Origin: Eledone cirrhosa
Taxonomy: Eukaryota
DNA length: 64,000 nucleotides
NCBI GenBank assembly: GCA_964016885.1
Contig: OZ024740.1
Coordinates: forward strand, 294,190,001-294,254,000
Direction of reading: 5' to 3'
The notes beneath the pieces were generated by a model. The model saw only the letters and a program-made list of their open reading frames with translations, was not told the DNA's origin and ran no database searches. Below, piece after piece: positions 35,732-49,030 of this stretch. Within the stretch, counting starts at the first letter, position 1; each line of letters begins with the position of its first letter. The position numbers and the translations under genes are program-made.

Positions 35732-36039
35732 TTTATATATAATAAACATTCATAAGTCTTGCTATGAACACCTCAAGCTGTGATCACGTCACAGCTATTT
35801 CAGTAGCCCTCCCTATAAGAATGACAGAAAGGTTTCTGAATTTTATTTGTCATCTGTGATAATTAGTCATTTCTACCATTTTGTTTTCTATGGCTAGATG
35901 TCCTTCCTATCACCACCAATTTTACAGAGTGTTTTGGATGTGTTTATTGTGTAAATCATTATGTATTCTTTTATATTTACTGGTTTCCATCATTAGATGG
36001 CAGCCATACTGAAACACTGTTTTTAAAGAATTTAGTTGA

Positions 36040-37319
36040 TCACGGCCTAGAATCAAAAGGCCTTAAAATTAACCTAGCTAAGACTAAAGTTCTAGTTTGT
36101 AAGAAAGAAAATAAGGCGGCGGTCCCCTCCGGGAAGTGGCCATGCTCAGTGTGTAGGAAAGGCGTAGGTAGAAACTCCATTTTGTGTCCCAAATGCAAAG
36201 TATGGGTGCATAAAAGATGTAGTGGGATCACAGGTAAGCTAACTAAGAACATAGATTTTACATGTGGCCGGTGCTCTGGGGCAATAAGTAGCAGCAAGTG
36301 CCCATTAAATACTAGCTCTTTCAACTGCGCAGAGGGTTCTATAGAAATAGTGGACAGCTTCCGTTACCTGGGTGACAAAATCAGCAGTGGGGGAGGGTGC
36401 TCTGAAAGTACAGTAGCTAGAGTCAGAACTGGATGGAAAAAGTTCAGAGAGCTTATACCGCTATTAGCCGCTAAAGGGTTCTCCCTAAAAATGAAAGGCA
36501 GGTTGTACGATGCCTGCATACGAACAGCAATGTTGCATGGCAGTGAGACCTGGGCATTGTGTGCAGAGGATATACGCAGACTAGAGAGGAACGAAGCTTG
36601 CATGCTCCGCTGGATGTGTAATAGTAATATACGTGAACGGCAAAGCATAAACGAACTAAGGAAAAAATTAGAAATAAGAGGGATCAGATGTTGTTTACTT
36701 GAGAGAAGGCTACGTTGGTATGGTCACGTGATGCGCATGAAGGACGATAGCTGTATAACAAAGTGCAGGGCAATAAAGATAGACGGTAGCCACGGAATAG
36801 GCAGACCCAGAAAAACCTGGGACGAGCTGATAAATTCCGACCTCACACACTTACACCTCACCAAGACAATGTCACTGAACCGAGACCTTTGGCGGTACTC
36901 AGTAATAGAGAAGACCCGCCTTACCTAAATACAAAGTAAAACCTACTACAGTCAGTAGGCATCTCTAACAAAATACACCCCCGTCCCACCTCCCCCACCC
37001 CATCTACACCGCCCCTTTCAATGTAAAGTTATGTTGGTGCCACAACATCCAGGCCGAAACAAATGAGATCGTGTAGGTGTCACGTCAAAAAAACACACAG
37101 TTCACGCTGTAATGTGGCTGTGTAGGCAACACGGTAAAAACCTCCCAGCCCCACACTGTAAATGTGGTTGGTGTTAGGAAGGGCATCCAGCTGTAGAAAA
37201 CCCGCTAGATAGTCCTATGCGAGCAAGATAACCACTCTTGCCTCAAGTGGGAAAACCCCCGTCCAAACCCATGTAAGCGTGGAACACGGACGTTAAACGA
37301 TGATGATGATGATGATGAT
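36040..37319 (+). mobile_element. RTE-clade LINE, 5'-truncated, open ORF to 36928 with PHD-like finger, (GAT)n tail
   Basis: GLKINLAKTKVLV..WPCSVC..CPKCKVWVHKRC..CGRC..EIVDSFRYLG..LHGSETW..RLRWYGHV..GRPRKTW. Confidence 0.92.
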
Positions 37320-37654
37320 ATCAACTGCAGTACTTACTTTTTTTTAGTTCTGGTATTTATTTTATCTCTAAATCCCTGGGTTACAGGACATAAACAAACA
37401 ATAAATACTAACATGGACACACACCCATATATACATATATATATGTAGCAACACAATAGTCATTTTTAATAATACTTTTGATAGTAAACCTGCATATATA
37501 TCATACCTGATACATAACATCACAAAATTCAACTGCGTATTCGTGTATTACTGCTCATTTTCTATGTGATCAGAGTAAATCACTTACCCAAGGAACCATC
37601 ACAGCATTTGCCTTGCTATACATATATGTGTGTGGTGTGTGTGTATGTGTGTAT

Positions 37655-37845
37655 AGTAGGTGTCACTGCAAAAAGTGCCCAACACACACTGTAAATGTGG
37701 TTGATGTTAGAGAGGGCATCCATCCATAGAAACCAAGCCCAAACCAGTTGTGTATGAGCAAAACCCAGTCATCTGACCTGGCTTGTCTCACAGTGCTAGC
37801 ATGGAAAATGGATGTTAAAAGGTGATGATGATGATGATGATGACA
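37655..37845 (+). mobile_element. Short RTE-3'-related element with (GAT)n tail
   Basis: CACACTGTAAATGTGGTTG..GGGCATCC..GCTAGCATGGAAAATGGATGTTAAA(GAT)n. Confidence 0.65.
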
Positions 37846-38220
37846 TGATGAGCATTTGCATGGTTTCTGTCTACCAAATTTCACTCACAAGGAATTTATT
37901 AATCTAAGGTTAAAGTAGAAGACCCTCGCCCAAATTTCAGGTTCAGTCACACAATGAGACAGAAACTAAAACAATGAGGCTGCACAGTCAACTCCTTAAC
38001 CCCACGACTTTGCCTGCATTTATATAATAGACAGTAATAAAGGAAGTAAAAACTATATTTTAACTGATTTATATTCCATTTGTTCATGTTATGACATGTA
38101 CTTCAAAATATTTATTGCTTGAAATTTTTAAATTACTTGAAATTTTTAAAAGTTGGTCACCTGCATTTCCGTTTCCTGATAACAGAATAACTACCAAATT
38201 TTCTCATTAGAAAGTAACGA

Positions 38221-41200
38221 GACACATTATATAGTGTAATCTATGATATATCTTCTAAGACAAATTATATAATTGTTTCTACTTTTGGCACAAGGTCACC
38301 AATCATCCCAGTGCATTACCAGTGTTTTATTTTATCGACTCTGTGAGGATGAAAGGCAAAGTTAATCTTGGCAGGATTTGAACTCAGACACATTATACAA
38401 TGTAGTCTAAGCTATATCTTCTCAGATATATCTTCTAAGGCACATTATATAATGTAGTCTAAGCTATATCTTCTAAGACACATTATACAATGTAGTCTAA
38501 GCTATATCTCCTAAGACACATTATATAATGTAGTCTAAGCTATATCTTCTAAGACACATTATACAATGTAGTCTAAGCTATATCTTCTAAGACACATTAT
38601 AAAATGTAGTCTAAGCTATATCTTCTAAGACACATTATACAATGTAGTCTAAGCTATATCTCCTAAGACACATTATATAATGTAGTCTAAGCTACATCTT
38701 CTAAGACACATTATACAATGTAATCTAAGCTATATCTCCTAAGACATATTATATAATGTAGTCTAAGCTACATCTTCTAAGACACATTATACAATGTAGT
38801 CTAAGCTATATCTTCTAAGACACATTATACAATGTAGTCTAAGCTACATCTTCTAAGACACATTATACAATGTAGTCTAAGCTATATCTCCTAAGACACA
38901 TTATATAATGTAGTCTAAGCTACATCTTCGAAGACACATTATACAATGTAGTCTAAGCTATATCTCCTAAGACACATTATATAATGTAGTCTAAGCTACA
39001 TCTTCTAAGACACATGTAGTTTAAGCTATATCTTCTAAGACACATTATACAATGTAGTCTAAGCTATATCTTCTAAGACATATTATACAATGTAGTCTAA
39101 GCTATATCTTCTAAGACACATTATACAATGTAGTCTAAGCTATATTTTCTAAGACACATTATATAATGAAGCCTAAGCTATATCTTCTAAGTCACATTAT
39201 ACAATGTAGTCTAAGCTATATCTTCTCAGATATATCTTCTAAGGCACATTATATAATGTAGTCTAAGCTATATCTTCTAAGACACATTATACAATGTAGT
39301 CTAAGCTATATCTCCTAAGACACATTATATAATGTAGTCTAAGCTATATCTTCTAAGACACATTATACAATGTAGTCTAAGCTATATCTTCTAAGACACA
39401 TTATAAAATGTAGTCTAAGCTATATCTTCTAAGACACATTATACAATGTAGTCTAAGCTATATCTCCTAAGACACATTATATAATGTAGTCTAAGCTACA
39501 TCTTCTAAGACACATTATACAATGTAGTCTAAGCTATATCTCCTAAGACATATTATATAATGTAGTCTAAGCTACATCTTCTAAGACACATTATACAATG
39601 TAGTCTAAGCTATATCTTCTAAGACACATTATACAATGTAGTCTAAGCTACATCTTCTAAGACACATTATACAATGTAGTCTAAGCTATATCTCCTAAGA
39701 CACATTATATAATGTAGTCTAAGCTACATCTTCGAAGACACATTATACAATGTAGTCTAAGCTATATCTTCTAAGACACATTATACAATGTAGTCTAAGC
39801 TATATCTCCTAAGACTCATTATATAATGTAGTCTAAGCTACATCTTCTAAGACACATTATATAATGTAGTCTAAGCTATATCTCCTAAGACACATTATAT
39901 AATGTAGTCTAAGCTACATATTCTAAGACACATTATACAATGTAGTCTAAGCTACATCTTCTAAGACACATTATACAATGTAGTCTAAGCTATATCTCCT
40001 AAGACACATTATATAATGTAGTCTAAGCTACATCTTCGAAGACACATTATACAATGTAGTCTAAGCTATATCTTCTAAGACACATTATACAATGTAGTCT
40101 AAGCTATATTTTCTAAGACACATTATATAATGAAGCCTAAGCTATATCTTCTAAGTCACATTATACAATGTAGTCTAAGCTATATCTTCTCAGATATATC
40201 TTCTAAGGCACATTATATAATGTAGTCTAAGCTATATCTTCTAAGACACATTATACAATGTAGTCTAAGCTATATCTTCTAAGACACATTATAAAATGTA
40301 GTCTAAGCTATATCTTCTAAGACACATTATACAATGTAGTCTAAGCTATATCTCCTAAGACACATTATATAATGTAGTCTAAGCTACATCTTCTAAGACA
40401 CATTATACAATGTAGTCTAAGCTATATCTCCTAAGACATATTATATAATGTAGTCTAAGCTACATCTTCTAAGACACATTATACAATGTAGTCTAAGCTA
40501 TATCTTCTAAGACACATTATACAATGTAGTCTAAGCTACATCTTCTAAGACACATTATACAATGTAGTCTAAGCTATATCTCCTAAGACACATTATATAA
40601 TGTAGTCTAAGCTACATCTTCGAAGACACATTATACAATGTAGTCTAAGCTATATCTTCTAAGACACATTATACAATGTAGTCTAAGCTATATCTCCTAA
40701 GACTCATTATATAATGTAGTCTAAGCTACATCTTCTAAGACACATTATATAATGTAGTCTAAGCTATATCTCCTAAGACACATTATATAATGTAGTCTAA
40801 GCTACATCTTCTAAGACACATGTAGTTTAAGCTATATCTTCTAAGACACATTATACAATGTAGTCTAAGCTATATCTTCTAAGACACATTATACAATGTA
40901 GTCTAAGCTATATTTTCTAAGACACATTATATAATGAAGCCTAAGCTATATCTTCTAAGACACATTATACAATGTAGTCTAAGCTATATCTTCTAAGACA
41001 CATTATATAATGAAGCCTAAGCTATATCTTCTAAGACACATTATACAATGTAGTCTAAGCTATATCTCCTAAGACACATTATATAATGTAGTCTAAGCTA
41101 TATCTCCTAAGACACATTATACAATGTAGTCTAAGCTATATCTTCTAAGACACATTATACAATGTAGTCTAAGCTATATCTCCTAAGACACATTATACAA

Positions 41201-42450
41201 TGTAGTCTAAGCTATATCTTCTAAGACACATTATACAATGTAGTCTAAGCTATATCTTCTAAGACACATTATACAATGTAGTCTAAGCTATATCTCCTAA
41301 GACTCATTATATAATGTAGTCTAAGCTACATCTTCTAAGACACATTATATAATGTAGTCTAAGCTATATCTCCTAAGACACATTATATAATGTAGTCTAA
41401 GCTACATATTCTAAGACACATTATACAATGTAGTCTAAGCTACATCTTATATGACACATTATACAATGTAGTCTAAGCTATATCTTCTAAGACACATTAT
41501 ATAATGTAGTCTAAGCTATATCTTCTAAGACACATTATACAATGTAGTCTAAGCTATATCTTCTAAGACACATTATACAATGTAGTCTAAGCTATATCTC
41601 CTAAGACACATTATATAATGTAGTCTAAGCTACATCTTCTAAGACACATTATACAATGTAGTCTAAGCTACATCTTCTAAGACACATTATACAATGTAGT
41701 CTAAGCTATATCTTCTAAGACACATTATACAATGTAGTCTAAGCTATATCTCCTAAGACACATTATATAATGTAGTCTAAGCTACATCTTCTAAAACACA
41801 TTATACAATGTAGTCTAAGCTATATCTCCTAAGACACATTATATAATGTAGTCTAAGCTACATATTCTAAGACACATTATACAATGTAGTCTAAGCTATA
41901 TCTTCTAAGACACATTATACAATGTAGTCTAAGCTATATCTTCTAAGACACATTATACAATGTAGTCTAAGCTATATCTTCTAAGACACATTATACAATG
42001 AAGTCTAAGATATATCTTCTCAGATATATCATCTAAGACACATTATACAATGTAGTCTAAGATATATCTTCTCAGACACATTATACAATGTAGTCTAAGC
42101 TATATCTCCTAAGGCACATTATATAATGTAGTCTAAGCTACATCTTCTAAGACACATTATACAATGTAGTCTAAGCTATATCTTCTAAGACACATTATAC
42201 AATGTAGTCTAAGCTATATCTCCTAAGACACATTATATAATGTAGTCTAAGCTATATTTCCTAAGACACATTATATAATGTAGTCTAAAATATATCTACT
42301 AAGACACATTATACAATGTAGTCTAAAATATAACTTCTAAGACACATTATACAATGTAGTCTAAAATATATCTTCTAAGACACTTTATATAATGTAGTCT
42401 AAGACACATTATATAATGTAGTTTAAGATATATCTTCTAAGACATATTAT
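38221..42450. repeat. Tandem satellite, 38 bp monomer, about 110 copies
   Basis: Consensus GACACATTATACAATGTAGTCTAAGCTATATCTTCTAA. Confidence 0.98.
38271..38388 (-). mobile_element. 5'-truncated SINE family A within the first monomers of the 38 bp satellite
   Basis: AATTGTTTCTACT..GGATGAAAGGCAAAG..GGATTTGAACTCAG. Confidence 0.85.
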
Positions 42451-42451
42451 A

Positions 42452-42676
42452 TTGCCGTTTTAACACCATTGCCAAGATCCAAAGTGAATCACAGAAGGTT
42501 CTTGACTTACTTATGGATAACAACTTCCAGGCCGGATTCCAAAAATGGCAGGAACATTGGCACCAATGCATTGCTGTGGAAGGTAACTATTTTGAGGGAG
42601 AGGGTGTTAAAACTTGGGTAAATATATTAATTTTTTTAAACATAACTAGTCCGTGGAACTTTTTGATATCACCTTG
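42452..42676 (+). mobile_element. mariner 3' remnant (transposase C-terminus plus right TIR)
   Basis: RFNTIAKIQSESQKVL..FQKWQEHWHQCIAVEGNYFEG; ends GAACTTTTTGATATCACCTTG|TA. Confidence 0.75.
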
Positions 42677-43484
42677 TATGTCCTTTTTTTTTTTAAATAG
42701 TGGAGTGTATTTTGCTGCTGTTTCTAATGGCTGAATGGCCACACAGAAGCTTTGCCATGTAAGATGATATCATGGTATGTAAAGTCTTCTCAGATACCTT
42801 TTTCCTTACAAATAACATCTAGCAAAACTTATTACTCTAATACTCCATTAAAATAAGATTTGATTTACTCTCTGGTGTAGTGAGGGAATTGGCCATGTCG
42901 TATTCACTTGCAATTGAGTATAACTTGGTAGAATGTACAATGCTAAGTGTTTTAAGTCTTAAGGCCATCAATAGCTGACACAGACACCCTCTTGAGCATT
43001 TCGCTTGTGATGCAATGAAAGATCCAGTACGTAGCAGCTGGAAAGAGAAGAGGAAGAGAATTGTGTCAGCTCTAGACTGGCACTTTCTTTATCAATCCCT
43101 GAAGGATAAAAGCAAAGTGAAACTTGGTGAGATTTGAACTCAGAAAACAAAGGCCTGGATTAAATATTCAATGTTCTCATGACTCTGTTAAATTGGCCAC
43201 ATTACAACATATATCAATGGAGTATTAATAACATTATCATACAAATAGTGCCAAGTGTTCAAAATTTCAAAATGGTCAACACACATCATAAATGATTGCC
43301 ATATTCAATTAATATAGTAAATTTAAGAAGGGTCCTGGTTTATGTAAACATAATGCATCTTTAGAGTTTATACACCTCTTAATACATCAAATTCTAACTT
43401 TTCATTTATGGCATTTATAGTCCTTTTCTTTATACCCAGGTCTGTCCTCCTTTACTCCTTCCTGCATTTTTTTCATTACTTAAT

Positions 43485-43830
43485 TTATTTTTTATTTTTT
43501 TATTTTTTTATTTTTTTATTTTTTTATTTTTTTTATTTTTTTATTTTTTTATTTTTTTATTTTTTTATTTTTTTATTTTTTTATTTTTTTATTTTTTTAT
43601 TTTTTTATTTTTTTATTTTTTTATTTTTTTATTTTTTTATTTTTTTATTTTTTTATTTTTTTATTTTTTAATTTTTTAATTTTTTTATTTTTTTATTTTT
43701 TTATTTTTTAATTTTTTTTTTTATTTATTTTTTTTTATTTTTTTATTTTTTTATTTTTTATTTTTTTTTTTTTTTTTTTTATTTTTTTTTTTTTATATTT
43801 TTTATTTATTTTATTTTTTTATTTTTTTTA
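43485..43830. repeat. (T7A)n / poly-T low-complexity tract
   Basis: Direct reading of the sequence. Confidence 0.95.
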
Positions 43831-44015
43831 TCTCGGGTTCCAAATAATAGAGGTAAGCAGTGGAGAGTTGGACATTTGCTTAAATTCTTATAAGCGGGGG
43901 AGGGGGTAAACGAAGGGGTCGGTAAATGTATAGTGTATGTTTGTAAATTTCTTTTAATGTTCATTTTTATCATATATAATGTTTTTTAATGTAAAATACA
44001 ATTATTATTAGATTA

Positions 44016-44204
44016 GGCGGTGGATTGGCAGTATCGGTAGAGGGTCGGACACCATGCTTTGATGCATAGAGTTACGGCCCTTGCCATTCTGAGTTCAAAT
44101 CCCGCCAAGGTTAACTTTGCCTTTCACCCTTACGGGGTCGATAAAATAAAGTACCAGTAATGCACTGGGTAATTGCTGGCCTTGTGTCAAAAGTAGAAAC
44201 AATT
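44016..44204 (+). mobile_element. SINE family A with 11 bp TSD
   Basis: TSD ATTATTAGATT at 44004-44014 and 44202-44212. Confidence 0.92.
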
Positions 44205-45659
44205 ATTAGATTCTCCAGCTGCTGTATCAATGTGAATCACTTACAATAAACTTTTGCCGGAGATAGATTAACAAAATGTAATAAGCAAGGGTGGGGGTGG
44301 AATAAAAGAAGGGCGGAGGTTCCAAAAAATAATAAGAGGTAGTGGGGGGGCGGTATTCATGACCGGAGAGCGGTTGTGGTAATTATGAATGTATTTAATG
44401 ATCAATATATCTGTAACAGATTTCTGTCTAATGATGACAAAGTAAACAACAGGTGTTTTTCTAGCCAGGGAGAATCACAGGTGACTCTGGTATAAAAACC
44501 AATCATGCATGATCTCTCACAACTATATGTGGTATTTTGCATGTGATATTTGACATCAAGTTGTGGTTAGCAGTCATCTCAAATCCTAAATGTTGCATAC
44601 ACACTCACATACAGGCACATATTTCACTTTCCTTTCTGATCTGAAATGACATATACCTATTCCTATAAAGTGCAGTGGAAACCTTTCTGAATTGGTGGGG
44701 GGACCAAATTTGGTCAATTTAGTTGTAGTGATTAGTTTAGCTCTTTGCACTCTAAAATTGTCAGAAAATGCAATTTGAGTCCAAGCAGGTCATATTACAT
44801 TTGTAGCTTTCAATAATTATAAAGGGATTATAGCAAAATAACCTATGAAATCTGTCTCTGAATACACATACTAGCAATTGGTAAATAGTGATATGTGGAG
44901 AAAAAGTTAGGACATGACAAAAAAATTTACTATTAAGCTTAACATAATATATCACACTGTTATCATCAGATATTAACCAAGATATAAAAAAAAACCTTGA
45001 TATGCGATAAACATAACATGTACATAAATTGTAGAGCATATACAAATAGATGTGTATTTTGGTAGTTTGGGGAGAAAAATATAATTATTGGGAGGCAGAG
45101 TATTCCCTCCTCCCGTTCCACCACCCCAGCCTATAAATACTTTTAATACTACTATTGCCTGTCATTTGAATGTTATCATTCCATGTAATCATATTTGTTA
45201 TTGAAGCTTATAAAAACTTATAATCTAAACGATGTATTATTGTTTTTGGTGTATTTTTCCTGCCTTCCACACATATATTTTCGTTTCATAATTTCCATTG
45301 CTTTTAATAACCTTATTTCATCTGTCAACAAACTTATAATTGCTATGTTTATAAAATTCCTTATGTTTTGATGTGAAATAGAAGACACTCTTTTTTTTCT
45401 TCTCTCTTGGTGTAAATCCATAAAAATTATTTTGTAGACTCCTAAACAAATGATAATCTGAAGGAGCAAGCTGGGTAAAGCAATTTTAACCAGCTGATTT
45501 CTTTTATAACATCCTTTGTTACTTGTGCAATATGAGGATGGAAATTACCATGATGGTGAATGACCTTTTATCTGTTCATTAAAGATGGGGTTTTTTGGTC
45601 CAAAGTTGTTTTCAAACATTTTTATTGTTTTATTACTGTTACTAAAAGTTCATAAACAA

Positions 45660-46362
45660 TTATTCCTTGAATATCCTATCACACCCTTGGGATCTTCCTT
45701 GGATGTAGGTCCAGCCTCAGCTGCTGGATAGGTCAATTTACCTCAACTAAGCCACTAACGATGGTGTTTAACATTGTAATAAATTATCCATTTCTCATTC
45801 TAAGTAACAACCCTGTCCAAAAAAGACACTTGAAATTGTTGTGTATGCAGTGCCTCTCAGTAATCAACATTTTGTTGTTAAGACAAGTCGTGTGGCACCC
45901 ATTTTCCAAATTATAAATTTTTTCCAAGTCTTTCAGTTTACGTAGCGCATCTCTGTGGTTAAGATTGAAATGTCCACTGAATTCCCTTGCTGTAATAGTA
46001 CAATTTTCCACAACAGCCATTTCTTGTGCCTCTGTGTCAAATCCATTTGGACAACCCTCTCTTGGTAAAGTTTCCATTTTTTAAATGACCTCCTACATGT
46101 TCTTTCCCATATTAACATCATAAATACCCAGGATGGATGCTGCTGCTGACCTCTGTTGACACAACAACTATGAATGTGTTCTTTAGTCAGAATATGTTGT
46201 CCATTTGAAAGTATTCTTGTGACTAATGTTCTAATAATCTGAAAGAAGAAAAAGTAATATTTATGATTACATAACTAAACATTAGATAAAGATAGAAATA
46301 TAATAAATCTTATTCAACATCTTTGGTTTAGAAATCAAACAGAACTTTTGTTCCAGCCTGAT
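45660..46362 (-). pseudogene. Decayed mariner transposase 5' half
   Basis: LPREGCP..CTITAREF..GKWVPHDLS..FLDRVVT*NEKWIIY (WVPHEL and TGDEKW motifs); TIR-like end near 46340-46362. Confidence 0.7.
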
Positions 46363-46579
46363 AAGATAGTAGAGTAATAAAAGTAAAGGGTGAAATAGTT
46401 TTAGACAACAAACAAAAAGCATTTTAAGGCCATATTCTCTGTTAAAACAGAGCTTAGTCTTGTTGGCCTGTCACTTAACCTCTCACCCAATCATTTTCAT
46501 CCTTCATCAGCACAGGACCCAGTCATCTCATTGTGTTTCTCTTTACAACAATTTTCATTAGTTCTATCCCCAATCATTC

Positions 46580-47110
46580 CTTTTATGTCAGGTGATCAGT
46601 GCTAACATGTTCATTGAAGTCTCCCATTAGGATATATGACTCAATCTTAATTACATCTAATGCGGCAGTGATTTTATCAAGGAAGGATCTGTATTTGGAC
46701 TCTCTGTTTGGAGCATAAATTTGCACCACCCACAGAGACCTATCTTTCAGCTTAAGCTTCAAGAGGCAAATTCCCCTTCCCAGTAGGATCCAGTCCATAA
46801 CACATGGGATTTATGAATATCCCCACTCCCACCTGTGCAGTCATTTCTGGTGCCACACCTGAATAGTGGAGTTTCCATCCTCCATCCAAATCTACAGTAT
46901 CAGAGCTACTGAACTTTGTTGAGGAAATCCTGACTATATCTAGCCAGTAGCATCTAGCCTCTTCCACTAGTTCCTGCTCCTTACATATAAGGGTTGTGGT
47001 GTACCAGTTGCCAATTGTTAAAGTTTGCTTCCTTCTGGACTCTCTCTGGGGTCCCGGGATATGCAACCTTTGTGCACCCAACCCACACCTCCAAGGACAA
47101 GCCAAAGGCC
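46580..47110 (-). pseudogene. RTE LINE APE endonuclease fragment
   Basis: TLTIGNW..KEQELVEEA..GWKLHYSGV..GVGIFI..VQIYAPN..ILMGDFNEHV, with a frameshift. Confidence 0.8.
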
Positions 47111-47519
47111 CATCACCAGTTCTCAGTGTTGGATGGAAACTGCAATGTATTTTCCAAACAGGCTCCTCTACCTAAAGCCTGAACATGTCCCTTGTAACCC
47201 CGTGTGAAGGACAATACGGTATAAATGCTTTTATTGCATCTAACCATATTGCAGTTTTTGGTAGTTTCATTCTGACCAGTCACCAATTTGCTTCTTTTCT
47301 CAGACCCACGAAAGGGAACATCTGAAGAAATATTTAATTGAAGAACCATAACTGAAAGGCTTCTAGGCATAAATCAAAATGATTCTGCATGTTTTATAGA
47401 TAAAACCAAGACATTTTAGCAAGTAAAACATGAAAAAGTCAGGGGGTGTCTAACAAAACTGAAGATATGTGATAAAGCAGTGTATGTATATATGAATATA
47501 CAAGTCTATGCACATATCA

Positions 47520-48090
47520 ACACAAATAAATATATGCATGCACACACACACACACACACACACGTGTGTTTGTGTGCTACCATTAATGTATATATGCACA
47601 CACACACACACACACGTACGTTTCTGTGCTACCATTAATGTATATATGCACACACACACACATGTTTATGTGCTACCATTAATGTGTATATGCATAAAGG
47701 GCGGTGGATTGGCAGTATCGGTAGAGAGTCAGACACCATGCTTTGAAGCATAGAGTTACGTCCCTTTATGATCTGAGTTCAAATCCCGCCGAGGTTAACT
47801 TTGCCTTTCATCCTTACGTGGTCGATAAAATAAAGTACCAGTAATGTACTGGATAATTGCTGGCCTTGTGCCTAAAATAGAAACAATTAATGTGTATATG
47901 CAGATACACACATACCCATACACACATATGTGTTTGTATGTTACCATTAATGTATATATGCACACACACACACACACACACGTATGTTTGTGTGCTACCA
48001 TTAATGCATATATGCAGATACACACACGTTTGTGTGCTACCATTAATATACATACATGTGTTTATGTGCTACTGTTAATGTGTATTCTCT
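47520..48090. repeat. Minisatellite (TGCTACCATTAATGTATATATGCA(CA)n, ~45-60 bp) interrupted by a SINE
   Basis: About eight imperfect units. Confidence 0.8.
47699..47888 (+). mobile_element. SINE family A with 17 bp TSD
   Basis: ATTAATGTGTATATGCA at 47678-47694 and 47886-47902. Confidence 0.9.
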
Positions 48091-48242
48091 AAATATAGCT
48101 ACTATGTTTACCATAAACATTCACCATTTTTATTGTACTTTTTATTTCACATTCTTATTCCTCAATGTAGCTCAGCTACCTACTTTCTCTCTCAACGTAT
48201 TCTCACTCACAATCAAACACACATACTACCCTCAAAGTTCAT

Positions 48243-49030
48243 TGGGGTCGATAAAATAAAGTACCAGTAATGTACTGGGTAATTGCTGGCCTTGTGCCTA
48301 AAGTAGAAACAATTATTTTCACTTCCTCCACCAATGTATATTGATATAAGTACATGTCTCTCCTTCCCTAAAATTGCTGGCCTTGTACCTAAATTAGAAA
48401 TCATCATTATTATTATTATTATTATTATACTTTGTGGGTGAAGGCGCGTGGCTGAGCGGTTAGACAATTAGATTCGCAATCGTGAGGTTGTGAGTTCGAT
48501 TCCCGGACCAGGTGATGCGTTATGTCCTTGGACAAGACACTTTATTTCACGTTGCTCCTTCTACCTGGAGTTGCAATTGGAAAGACCAATGGAAACATTG
48601 TTTCCTCAGTCCGATTTGATGAAAATTGATCAACTGTCGATACATTGTGGCATAGAGTTACGGCCCTTTACATTCTGAGTTCAAATCCTGCTGAGGTTAG
48701 CTTTGCCTTTCATCCTTACGGGATCGATAAAATAAGCACCAGTAATTCACTGGAGTCGATTTAATTGATTTTCCTCTCCCCCAAAATTGCTGGCTTGTAC
48801 CTAAATCAGAAGCCAATATTATTATTAGTAGTAGTAGTAGTGGCAGTGGATTTGCAGTATTGGTAGAGGGTTGGACGCCATGCTTTGCAGCATAGAGTTA
48901 CGGCCCTTTAAGGTCTGAGTTCAAATCTCGCTGAGGTTAACTTTGCCTTTCATCCTTATGGGGTCGATAAAATAAAGCACGAGTAATGCACTGGGATAAT
49001 TTGCCTATAGTAGAAATCATTATTATTAGT
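48243..49030 (+). mobile_element. Cluster of at least five SINE copies or fragments in the same orientation
   Basis: Family A pieces at ~48243-48313, ~48360-48405, ~48648-48815 and ~48841-49022; a different tRNA-SINE head GGCGCGTGGCTGAGCGGTTAG..GAGTTCGATTCCC at ~48443. Separated by (ATT)n tails. Confidence 0.8.

Noticed and set aside
38221-42450. CRISPR array (38 bp palindromic repeat)
   Set aside because: Head-to-tail repeats without spacers.
43408-43671. Phe-rich membrane-like ORF
   Set aside because: Translation of the (T7A)n tract.
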